Shown here: piece after piece, positions 9,288 through 17,449 of the stretch
Position numbering within the stretch: position 1 is the first letter of the stretch
Layout: the number at the start of each line of letters is the position of its first letter
From: Candidatus Eiseniibacteriota bacterium
Lineage (GTDB): Bacteria > Arandabacterota > Arandabacteria > JAGLYR01
Direction: 5' to 3'
Assembly: GCA_023132135.1 (NCBI GenBank)
Contig: JAGLYR010000046.1
Coordinates: 1-55,158 of the forward strand
DNA length: 55,158 bases
Position numbers and translations under genes: made by a program
The notes under the pieces: model-generated
What the model was told of the DNA's origin: nothing
Seen by the model: only the letters and a program-made list of their open reading frames with translations
The model's database searches: none

Positions 9288-9877
9288 GCATGCACTCCTC
9301 TCGGAACGATCCCCCGGAACAGAATGTCGAGCAACGTGTCGATCGTCTGCTCCAGATCTTTCGATCCGCGTTCGAGTATCCACTTCAACTCAAAGCCCTT
9401 GAGGGCTGTGACGATCGCGTGAGAAACCAACTCAACGTCAGTGACGGCGATCTCGCCCGCCGCGACTCCATCGGACAGAATCGCTGCAATGATCTTCTCC
9501 TCTTCCGTGAAATAGCGTTCTCGCTCCCCATCGACGTGTGGCCAGAGCTCGCTCACCGTTTCCCTTGTGACGCGGTAGAAGTTGACGACGGCCCGGATGC
9601 TCGTATTCTTCGTTAGAAGAAACGCTCGCATTCTTGACCGCGCAGTCCCAGTGCTACTCACAGCCTCTCGGATCTGACGCACGAGACTTGCGGATTCCTC
9701 TCGCACGACCTCCTTGAAGATCTCATCTTTGCTGGGGAAGAACTTGTAGATCGTGCCCTTGGCGACACGGGATTCCCGAGCAATCTCCTCGACCGAGGTT
9801 TTCCGCAGCCCGAACTGCGCGAAGAGCTTCCCCGACACTCGCAGGATTTCCATCCTCTTGTCATCGTCGCCGTGCAT
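9284..9877 (-). CDS. TetR/AcrR-family transcriptional regulator
   Basis: Internal ATG (9875-9877) of ORF 9284..10243. 197 aa. TetR HTH: RMEILRVSGKLFAQFGLRKTSVEEIARESRVAKGTIYKFFPSKDEIF. Confidence 0.9.
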   Translation of the reverse strand: MHGDDDKRMEILRVSGKLFAQFGLRKTSVEEIARESRVAKGTIYKFFPSKDEIFKEVVREESASLVRQIREAVSSTGTARSRMRAFLLTKNTSIRAVVNFYRVTRETVSELWPHVDGERERYFTEEEKIIAAILSDGVAAGEIAVTDVELVSHAIVTALKGFELKWILERGSKDLEQTIDTLLDILFRGIVPRGVHA

Positions 9878-9923
9878 CGCTAACCCTTTGCGACAGCATG
9901 CAGTAGCACCACAGGAACTGTGA

Positions 9924-9952
9924 ATAGTAAACCATTCCGGTTTTCGAGTCAG
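9924..9952 (-). promoter_or_regulatory. candidate promoter with embedded palindromic operator for the TetR-RND operon
   Basis: The minus strand reads CTGACT-N17-TACTAT. The spacer contains the palindrome AAACC-ATTCC-GGTTT (9929-9943), consistent with TetR autoregulation. Confidence 0.3.
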
Positions 9953-10395
9953 GTTTATGGTATGACCAGCGCGGCGTTCTGTCAAGTGGAAAACGCTCTT
10001 TGTGACACGGGGGGGCTTCTGCGCGAGATTGACAGACCACGACCTCCCGAGCGGCAACGCCAGTCGCCAACCGATCAGTTCCAGAAACCAGTGTCGTGTC
10101 CCCAGATTCCGCGATCTTGTCTCTCCGACCCCCGTCCCCCCAGCTTGAGCGAGAACAGCGGATGTGCTATCATCCGGGCCCAGTGCGTACAGCAACCAAG
10201 AGGGCAAAGCCGGAATGCCTCGAAGACTCCTGATCCTGAGCATCGTCCTGGCACTTGTCCCACTGCCGGCTATTGCTCAGTTCGCTGATTTCCAGAACTT
10301 CCTCGACCAGGTGAACGCGTTGCCGAGCGCTGCCGAGCGCGACAGCGTCATCGGCGTCTTCATGGACTTCGCTCAGAACAACGGAGGAGAAGATT

Positions 10396-10854
10396 ATGAG
10401 CACATTTGGTTCAGCAGACGAAGTCCTCGACTTTGCCATCAAGAGCGAACAGGAAGCGGTGGATTTCTATACCGACCTGGCCGGGAAGATGGAAAACCCG
10501 GCGATGAAGAAGGTCTTCGAGGAGTTCGCCAAAGAGGAGATGGATCATAAGGCGAAGCTGACTTCCGTAAAGTCGGGCAAGCGCCTCATGAAGAGCGGCG
10601 CGCGAAAAGTGACAGACCTCAAGATCGCCGACTACACGGTAGAGGCAGAGCCCACCAAGGACATGGACTACCGGGAAGCCCTGATCCTCGCCATGCAGAA
10701 TGAGAAGGCGGCGTTCAAGCTCTACAGTGATCTGGCGGCAACCGCTCAGGATGACGATCTCAAGGATCTCTTTCTCGCTCTGGCCCAGGAAGAGGCGAGG
10801 CACAAGCTGCGCTTCGAGCTGGAATACGATGACGATGTTCTCAAGTGCAACTAG
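10396..10854 (+). CDS. ferritin-like / rubrerythrin-family protein
   Basis: 152 aa, preceded by GGAGGAG. Two ExxH-type di-iron helix pairs: SEQEAVDFY..AKEEMDHKAKL and NEKAAFKLY..AQEEARHKLRFE. Confidence 0.8.
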   Translation: MSTFGSADEVLDFAIKSEQEAVDFYTDLAGKMENPAMKKVFEEFAKEEMDHKAKLTSVKSGKRLMKSGARKVTDLKIADYTVEAEPTKDMDYREALILAMQNEKAAFKLYSDLAATAQDDDLKDLFLALAQEEARHKLRFELEYDDDVLKCN

Positions 10855-10892
10855 CCTGCATTTCTGGCGAGCTCGTGGCTCGCCGGAAGCTG

Positions 10893-10930
10893 TTCCTCTT
10901 CGTGGGCTTCGTGGTTGAAGCTTTCCAGAG
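10893..10930 (+). repeat. CTTCGTG-triplet intergenic repeat, copy A
   Basis: TTCCTCTTCGTGGGCTTCGTGGTTGAAGCTTTCCAGAG, 39 nt after the ferritin-like stop. Confidence 0.8.
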
Positions 10931-10969
10931 GCGCCGCCGTGCCTGTCGCCCGTTTCTATGCGGTTGAGT

Positions 10970-10998
10970 TTGAAAACCCTCGGCGAATGTGGTAGAAT
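10970..10998 (+). promoter_or_regulatory. near-consensus sigma70 promoter (TTGAAA-N17-TAGAAT, TGn extended -10)
   Basis: TTGAAA at 10970-10975, 17-nt spacer, TGgTAGAAT ending at 10998. About 40 nt upstream of the GH57 gene ATG. Confidence 0.45.
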
Positions 10999-11037
10999 GC
11001 ATGTGCATTCCTTCGATCGGGGGCCCCCTTGCGTTTC

Positions 11038-14000
11038 ATGGCACGATGGTATGTCGCCCTACTCCTTAGCTCGACAATTCTGCTTCCGGCAACACGGTCT
11101 TTCTCCGCCCCGGTCCGGGTCGAATTCCGTTTCCAGCACGAGTCTGCCTCCACGGTCAACCTTGCGGGTAGCTTCAACAGCTGGTGCAATCCGGGACCCG
11201 GCGGCATCGATACCGGAATCGATCCCATGGGTGGACCCGATTCAGACAGCTGGTGGACCCTGGAGAAGCTCCTGGATCCTGGTGATTACGAGTACAAATT
11301 CGTCGTGGACGGAAACCAATGGTTCACCGATCCTCTGAATCCCCGGATCAACCACTCCAACTACGACAACTCCATGCTCGAGGTGACCAACCCGCTGGTC
11401 TACTATCTCCAGCCCATGGATGGATCGCTGGAAAGCAATCCGCTTCCCGAGATCAGCGCCTATCTGGCCAGGTCCGACGGCTCGAGTTTCGATCTGGATG
11501 AACTCAGGATCCTACTGGACGGCGATCTCGTTGCTGAGGGAGCTCCGCACTATGATCCCTCGACCCACCGGGTGAGCTTCACGCCCGCCGATACCCTTGA
11601 GAGTGGCATGCACGGCGCCAAGGTGAGGGTCGCTCTCGTAGGTGGAGCTTTAGATGCCGATACGACGGCTTTCGAAATCGACGCGGATCTCAGCCCTCCG
11701 GCCATTGCCCATGTTCCTCCGGCAGGAGCTTCCGCCAACGCGGCCGTTCACCTGGAGTGCACCATAACCGACGATCAGGGGGTCGAGTCGGCGCGTCTTT
11801 TCTACCGCAACGCCGGCGGCCCCGGCTTTGTCGAAGCAGCGCTCCATGAAGGATTGGAGGAAGTCTGGACAGGTACGGTTGTTTCCGGATTCACCGTAGC
11901 CGGGACTGACCTCGAGTACTACTTCGAGGCCGATGACCGCACAAATACAACGCGTGATCCGTCGGGGGGGACCCACTCGATCGTGGTCACACCCGATACG
12001 ACTCCCCCCGTGATCTCCGAGGCGTTCACCTCTCCGACGCCCTTTTCTCCCGCCTGGGTCAACAACGAGACCCGGCTGTCCTTCTACTTGTCCGAGCCCA
12101 CGGTGACAACCGTGGAGGTCACAACAGTCGGCGGCAGCCCGGTCAGGACCCTCATCAGCTCGGGGAACCTCGGGCCCGGGTATCACCAGACGGTATGGGA
12201 TGGGAGGGATGGGGGAGGAGCGCCGCTACCCGAAGATGCATACGTTTTCCACATCAATGGAATGGATGCCGCTGGTTTGCCCACCGAGGCAGTCACGGTC
12301 CCGGTGGTCGTGGACAACAGTTCGGAATCGGGACCGATCCGTGTGGTTGTCCTGTTTCATGCGAATCAGACTCTTAACCACTACGGCGACATCGCCAATG
12401 ATGTTTGCTTCAACGGGCTCCTCGATGTTCTCCGCCGTCACCCGCAGCTGAAGTTTGCGATCCACTTTTCGGGTACCCTTCTTCATGACCTGAGCTGGTT
12501 CAATTTCCGGCACAGCCCGTCCACCATCGACATGCTCCGGGCAGGCCACACCGATGGTCAGTTTGAGATCATCGGTAGCACGTATGCGCAGAATGTCCCC
12601 TACGCAACACACATGTGGGACAACGAGCGGCAACTGGAGGTGCACAGGGAAGTCATCCAGAAAATATTGGGTGCGGAACCCAAGATCTTCTGGAACGCGG
12701 AACGCTGCTGGAAGCAGGGGTTGGTGCCGCTGCTGGCGGACCATGGCTACCAGAGCACGTGGGTGGAGAGTCACATCCTGTGGGACAGCGGCAGTTCGGC
12801 CCCCGAGCACGCGGTTCGGAAAACCCGCTTGGGGGACGACGAGGTGATTGTCTTCAACGATGACGGGGATTTCATCGGTCTTCTGGACAGCGCCATCAAC
12901 AGCGGCTACTCGGGTGACCTCATCGGCTATCTGGATTGGCTGAGATCACAGGACACGTACCGGGACTGGGTTGTTTGCTATGCTCAGGACGCCGAAACAT
13001 CGGGTCTCTGGGATTACGAAGGCGGCGGAGATCCGCAGGACAACTGGGACAATCTCGACCAGGTGCTGACGGATCTCGAGAACACGGGATGGATCCAATT
13101 CACCACCTTCAGCGAGTACCTGGAGGATCGTTTTCCCACGGAGGAGTTAACACCCATCGTCGACGGTCAGGCCAACTGGATGGTCTGGCCATCCCAACAG
13201 GCGGGCTACGCAGACTGGTTCGACTTCAACGAGCGGTCTCCGCTCCTGGCGGCATACAGGGATTTCTACACGGGTCTCCGGGCACGAATCCAGGAAGTGG
13301 AAGCCCTAGTGAGTCCGGGAACGCCGGCGGCGAATCTGGTCAAGCATGCCATTTGGAACCTGGCCGCGCACCAGTTCGAGTTCGGATGCATCGGGTGTGG
13401 GAACCTGGGTTGCCAGGACTACCAGAAGGCAGAGACACTGGAAGGGGCTCTGCTGGCAGCCGAGGCGTGCCTGGGGAAGCGGAAGGGCACGGGGATCGAG
13501 CAGGTCGATGCCAACGGCGACAGCATCCCGGATTGGGTGATCACCACGCCCACCGACCTCTATATCCTCTCTGATACCGGGGGGCGATTGTTGCGCTGGT
13601 TCGACCTGAACCGGGGAGAGGAAGTTCTCGGAAACGAGCTCTTTATGTGGGGGCTCTACTACCTTGGCTGGCGGCACTGGTTCTCGGGGTCCGGCTACAA
13701 CGATGATCAACACTACATGGATGATGCCGAGTGGACAGCGCCCAACTGGGTTCCCGCTGCCCAGCCCTTCCACCGGAGTTACGGCACCAGGAAGCATGCG
13801 TTCAACGATTTCCTCTCCATCGATGGAGGTGCCGGCACGGTCATCCTGGATGCGGGCTATGCCGCGACCGTGAACGGCGATACGCTCAAGTTCACCTATG
13901 CAGGGTCGGGGCTCAGCATCACAAAGAACTGGATTGCCCAGGATGCCGTTCTCGAAGTCGTGTACGAACTTTCCAACACGAGCGGCGCCTCCCATCTCTA

Positions 14001-14610
14001 CGAGCTCCGGATCGAGAGCGAGCTCAACCCGTCCCTTCTGGAAGTGATGAACGGGGGCAGGGGAACCCTCATGTACTGGGATGGGACAGACACCAGCACG
14101 TCACCGACTCCATTGTCTGTCGGGGTAGTCAACGTACTAACGGAACAGGCGGTGGAGTTCAGCTTCTCCGAACCGCCGGCGACTATTACCGGCGGGGAAA
14201 CCGTGCATGGCCTGCTCTATGGTCCGACCTTTGAATTCTCCATGGATCCGGGACAAACGAAGACCCTGCACTTGTTTGTGGGGGCACGAATGACATCAGT
14301 CGATGCCCGCGATGAGGATGCGCTGCAGTCGCGACCCCTCCGACTTCATCAGAACTACCCGAACCCTTTCAATCCGGTAACGAACATACTGTTCGAACTG
14401 CCCTCTGCGGGAGAAGTATCTCTTCGTGTGTACGACGTCCTGGGCAGGAGGGTGAGAACCCTCGTTGATGCTCTGATGCCTGCCGGGCATCATCCGGTTG
14501 TCTGGGATGGCACCGATGATGACGGACATCGGGTGTCTACGGGCCTTTACCTGTACCGGCTGGAACATGAAGGACACATCCGGTCCATGAAGATGGTCTT
14601 GCTGAAGTAG
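11038..14610 (+). CDS. secreted multidomain glycoside hydrolase family 57 protein (CBM48-like, FlgD-Ig-like, GH57 domains, T9SS C-terminal sorting domain)
   Basis: First ATG of ORF 11029..14610, giving signal peptide MARWYVALLLSSTILLPATRSFSA. CBM48/E-set-like block VRVEFRF..VNLAGSFNSW..YEYKFVVDGNQWFTDPLNP. FlgD-Ig-like block SFYLSEPTVTTVEV..YHQTVWDGRDGGG. GH57-like conserved regions LFHANQ, GQFEIIGSTYAQN, FWNAERCW, YAQDAETSG. C-terminus LHQNYPNPFNP..LRVYDVLGRRVRTL..VVWDGTDDDGHRVSTGLYLYRL is a T9SS/FlgD-type tail. Confidence 0.8.
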   Translation: MARWYVALLLSSTILLPATRSFSAPVRVEFRFQHESASTVNLAGSFNSWCNPGPGGIDTGIDPMGGPDSDSWWTLEKLLDPGDYEYKFVVDGNQWFTDPLNPRINHSNYDNSMLEVTNPLVYYLQPMDGSLESNPLPEISAYLARSDGSSFDLDELRILLDGDLVAEGAPHYDPSTHRVSFTPADTLESGMHGAKVRVALVGGALDADTTAFEIDADLSPPAIAHVPPAGASANAAVHLECTITDDQGVESARLFYRNAGGPGFVEAALHEGLEEVWTGTVVSGFTVAGTDLEYYFEADDRTNTTRDPSGGTHSIVVTPDTTPPVISEAFTSPTPFSPAWVNNETRLSFYLSEPTVTTVEVTTVGGSPVRTLISSGNLGPGYHQTVWDGRDGGGAPLPEDAYVFHINGMDAAGLPTEAVTVPVVVDNSSESGPIRVVVLFHANQTLNHYGDIANDVCFNGLLDVLRRHPQLKFAIHFSGTLLHDLSWFNFRHSPSTIDMLRAGHTDGQFEIIGSTYAQNVPYATHMWDNERQLEVHREVIQKILGAEPKIFWNAERCWKQGLVPLLADHGYQSTWVESHILWDSGSSAPEHAVRKTRLGDDEVIVFNDDGDFIGLLDSAINSGYSGDLIGYLDWLRSQDTYRDWVVCYAQDAETSGLWDYEGGGDPQDNWDNLDQVLTDLENTGWIQFTTFSEYLEDRFPTEELTPIVDGQANWMVWPSQQAGYADWFDFNERSPLLAAYRDFYTGLRARIQEVEALVSPGTPAANLVKHAIWNLAAHQFEFGCIGCGNLGCQDYQKAETLEGALLAAEACLGKRKGTGIEQVDANGDSIPDWVITTPTDLYILSDTGGRLLRWFDLNRGEEVLGNELFMWGLYYLGWRHWFSGSGYNDDQHYMDDAEWTAPNWVPAAQPFHRSYGTRKHAFNDFLSIDGGAGTVILDAGYAATVNGDTLKFTYAGSGLSITKNWIAQDAVLEVVYELSNTSGASHLYELRIESELNPSLLEVMNGGRGTLMYWDGTDTSTSPTPLSVGVVNVLTEQAVEFSFSEPPATITGGETVHGLLYGPTFEFSMDPGQTKTLHLFVGARMTSVDARDEDALQSRPLRLHQNYPNPFNPVTNILFELPSAGEVSLRVYDVLGRRVRTLVDALMPAGHHPVVWDGTDDDGHRVSTGLYLYRLEHEGHIRSMKMVLLK

Positions 14611-14623
14611 CACTGCCAAATAA

Positions 14624-14647
14624 GGAACTCCTTCGTGCTCTTCGTGG
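14624..14647 (+). repeat. CTTCGTG-triplet intergenic repeat, partial copy B
   Basis: GGAACTCCTTCGTGCTCTTCGTGG, 14 nt after the GH57 stop. The distal GTTGAAGCTTT part is missing. Confidence 0.6.
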
Positions 14648-14660
14648 ACCCCGACCGCGC

Positions 14661-15125
14661 CTACTTGAATCTGACCGCTGTCTCGCCCACCAGATCCTTC
14701 TCGCAATACCGTGGCCGGAATTTGATCGTCACCGTGCCGGATGCCCGGGTCGGCTTCTCGTAGAACTCCGAGTACGCTATGCGGCCGACCGGAAAGGCGA
14801 TCCAGCTCTGTGCTCCCTCTTTCCCGGACTTCATCTTCCGGAAACGCGACTTCAGGACAGGAAACTGCCCGCGGAACAACTCCGTCTCCGCTGTCCCGGA
14901 TTCCGCGTACGGATCGCTCCTACTCTCCGTGATCCGTACCGTGGCTGCCCCATCCGCCGTGGTCATCGTCCCCGCCACATCGCTCAACACCAGGTAAACC
15001 CCAATGGCGCCCGCGTTGTCGTCCGGTATAGCGATCACACTCGCCGAGGTTGGCGGATTGTCGTTCGGTCCGCAGGTGGGAATCAGTACCGCGGCCAGGG
15101 CCAGAAAAAGAGCCGTCCTTTTCAT
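14661..15125 (-). CDS. hypothetical lipoprotein
   Basis: 154 aa. MKRTALFLALAAVLIPTCG contains the lipobox LIPTC. No recognisable domain. Confidence 0.55.
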   Translation of the reverse strand: MKRTALFLALAAVLIPTCGPNDNPPTSASVIAIPDDNAGAIGVYLVLSDVAGTMTTADGAATVRITESRSDPYAESGTAETELFRGQFPVLKSRFRKMKSGKEGAQSWIAFPVGRIAYSEFYEKPTRASGTVTIKFRPRYCEKDLVGETAVRFK

Positions 15126-15319
15126 CGCACCACTCCCAAATGCCGGTCGTCAGAGGTGGCGTCTTCGTCGATCCAGTCCTCCTCGGTGTAGGACATGCCT
15201 TTTCGCCCCGGATTCGCGGCTGAACGCTGACAACACGGCCCGACCCCGCGACTTTCTCCATGCCGGCTTTCACCCTCGCCATCAGTCTTTGCTCCGTGTG
15301 TCGGTATTCGATTCTTCTG

Positions 15320-17164
15320 TCACGTGGATACCTCCGTTGTCGGCGTCTCGCCCTGCGCATTAGCCACGTTCTCTATGGAGGGCCTCGGCCAAATCTTCAG
15401 CGCAAGGTCGAACATCTTCTCGCCACGATCAGCGATTGTGGTTTCGTTCCATCTGGTCGCATCCTGGAACTTTCGGTTCATGGCGAGAGCGCTGTGCTCC
15501 ATGATCGCCGCCTTCTTCTCTGCCCATGCCGCGTTCGACAGCGACGGATTGAGTTTCCCGGTAACAAGTGTCAGGTTGCCGAAGCGGTGGAGCGTCTCAT
15601 TGCGTTTCGCCTCGTCTTCGGGGGTCGCATCATCCGGCATCGGCCAGTTCAGTCGCCATTCCTGTGGCATGATATGTTCGATGGTCAGTTTCTCGCGAAT
15701 GGCGATTTTCTCGGACTTGCCGTCACGCATTGCCCTTTCAATTGCCTCAAGCACCATTCGCGTCCGAGCCTGTTTCATCCATTTGTAGATCTCGTACTCG
15801 CAGAAGGCCTTTCGGAACTGGTCATCCGTCGGCCACTCCGCGCTGTCACCCTTACGAGCAAGGAGGAATGTGAGTAGCTCCGATGACGATAATCTTGTGG
15901 ACGCAAGGTGCTTGATCATGTCCACGAAGATGCGGTTGTAATTCTTATAGGTGAGGCAGCACACGGCCCGACGCACCAAGTACGATTCGAGGTAATCTAG
16001 GAACAGGTTCTTGTCTTCTTCGGAATCCGGTTTTCGGAGCACCTCAAGCAGAACGGGAATGGCCATGTTTGTGTCGAGTGCTTCCAACCGCTGGAAGAAG
16101 AGAGCCTCGCGCGACCCCTCGGGATATTGATCGAAACCGTGATAGACATCAGCATAACTCCGCAGCTGCCGAATGTGTTCCTCCGCAGCTGTTTCGTTAC
16201 CATCTGTGAAATACTCGCGGAACTCGCCAAACAGATGGGTCATGCTTACCACGTCTTTGCGTAATAGCGTCAGGTAGTGCGCAAGAAACAGATCTATGCG
16301 ATGCCATTTGAGGCGGCCTTGCCGTATCTCCTCTCGCCAGTAGGAGACATTGTCGTCGAATGGCCGCCACATCTGCTCGTAAAGAACTGGTGTATCGGCC
16401 CCCTGGCGCTGCGCCCAGTGAAACAGGAAGTTCTTCACGAGGTCTGCAGGTTGGAGAGGTGTGCCAAGAGCGTTCAGGGTTTCAAAGATGAGTTGCGGAT
16501 CATCATCGCTCCCAAGGTCCACAACAACAAGAACAAGGTCTTGCCGTATTGCGTTGAACAAGAGATCAAGCCTATCATTCAGGGCATCGCCTTCTACTCC
16601 GTCAAGCCATTCCAGAACCTGATCGTGGAAGTACTTATAACAGTTGGGAATAAGGTGGCCGTAGTCTCTGGCATTAGCCTTTACCCCATACTGCCCGGCA
16701 AGCGCGTCGAGCGACCTAGCCGTCATTGCCTGGCCGAAGTGCTCCCGGTCGACGTTGGTGGGCCAGACCTTGAAGGTGCTCTCCAGATTCTTCTTGGATG
16801 GCACGTAATTCTCCGACAGGCGTTTGAAGGCTTCCTGGTAATCCGCCGATCCTTTGACCGCACAGATGTCCCGGATCGCCGCGATCATGAGTTGAAGGGT
16901 CGTCAGGCGTTGTTGTCCATCGATCACTTGCCGCGCATCCACTTCGCCAGTCTCGGTCTTCAGTTGCTCTAGGACAATCGCGCCTAAAAAGTGGGGCCGG
17001 ACTGTGCTTCCCGTCAATCGCCGGTCGGCAGCGGTTCTAATAGACTCCCACAATGGTTCCCAGTTATCATTCTGCTTCCACACATAGGGTCGCTGGAACA
17101 AGGGAACGAGAAATCGCACTGTGGTTTCGAATACCACGCCAAGTGTTCTATCTTCCGCGTGCAT
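15320..17164 (-). CDS. GmrSD-type (DUF262 + DUF1524) type IV modification-dependent restriction endonuclease
   Basis: 614 aa. N-terminal DUF262 motifs FLVPLFQRPYVW and VIDGQQRLTTL. C-terminal DUF1524 His-Me finger-like block LTIEHIMPQEW..HRFGNLTLVTGKLNPSLSN. Confidence 0.85.
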   Translation of the reverse strand: MHAEDRTLGVVFETTVRFLVPLFQRPYVWKQNDNWEPLWESIRTAADRRLTGSTVRPHFLGAIVLEQLKTETGEVDARQVIDGQQRLTTLQLMIAAIRDICAVKGSADYQEAFKRLSENYVPSKKNLESTFKVWPTNVDREHFGQAMTARSLDALAGQYGVKANARDYGHLIPNCYKYFHDQVLEWLDGVEGDALNDRLDLLFNAIRQDLVLVVVDLGSDDDPQLIFETLNALGTPLQPADLVKNFLFHWAQRQGADTPVLYEQMWRPFDDNVSYWREEIRQGRLKWHRIDLFLAHYLTLLRKDVVSMTHLFGEFREYFTDGNETAAEEHIRQLRSYADVYHGFDQYPEGSREALFFQRLEALDTNMAIPVLLEVLRKPDSEEDKNLFLDYLESYLVRRAVCCLTYKNYNRIFVDMIKHLASTRLSSSELLTFLLARKGDSAEWPTDDQFRKAFCEYEIYKWMKQARTRMVLEAIERAMRDGKSEKIAIREKLTIEHIMPQEWRLNWPMPDDATPEDEAKRNETLHRFGNLTLVTGKLNPSLSNAAWAEKKAAIMEHSALAMNRKFQDATRWNETTIADRGEKMFDLALKIWPRPSIENVANAQGETPTTEVST

Positions 17165-17185
17165 GTTCTGCTCCTTCAGTCACGG

Positions 17186-17449
17186 CTATTGTTTCCTTCT
17201 TCCGGTTCCCCCGAGACTGTCAGCCGCTGGGCACCACCCCGACCCCACCAGTTTCGCCAGAACAGGATAGGCGACGTAGCCAGCTCCGTACTTCTGGATT
17301 GTGGCGAAGTGGTATTCATCCACCAGCCGGTCATGAATCCCACGCAGGTTTTCGGGCAATGAATTGCGCGCCTCGACGAACTTTGCGCGCTTCCGTTCGC
17401 AAGGCAGGGCAGCTTGTTGCTTCTTGTCATTATCAAGATGTCTTGTCAT
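17186..17449 (-). CDS. hypothetical 87-aa protein between res and GmrSD
   Basis: Internal ATG of ORF 17186..17575. It overlaps the res 3' end by 17 nt and stops 21 nt before the GmrSD start. Sequence MTRHLDNDKKQQAALPCERKRAKFVEARNSLPENLRGIHDRLVDEYHFATIQKYGAGYVAYPVLAKLV. No family recognised. Confidence 0.4.
   Translation of the reverse strand: MTRHLDNDKKQQAALPCERKRAKFVEARNSLPENLRGIHDRLVDEYHFATIQKYGAGYVAYPVLAKLVGSGWCPAADSLGGTGRRKQ

Noticed and set aside
10215-10550. ORF with a good signal peptide (MPRRLLILSIVLALVPLPAIAQ FADFQNFLDQVNALPSAAERDSVIGVFMDFAQNNGG..)
   Set aside because: After about 60 residues it runs out of frame into the well-supported ferritin-like gene, which has RBS GGAGGAG and ATG at 10396, and becomes low-complexity. 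It is most likely the N-terminal stub of a decayed secreted hydrolase gene. A short secreted peptide cannot be excluded.
15123-15196. 24-codon acidic mini-ORF (MSYTEEDWIDEDATSDDRHLGVVR) whose TGA overlaps the lipoprotein ATG
   Set aside because: Too short, no RBS seen and no homology. Could be chance.
15126-15319. Search for attachment-site direct repeats, tRNA or integrase at the defence island borders (also 24102-25058)
   Set aside because: Only a trivial shared heptamer (GATTCT) was found by eye. No tRNA-like cloverleaf or recombinase gene is present, so the mobilisation mechanism is left open.
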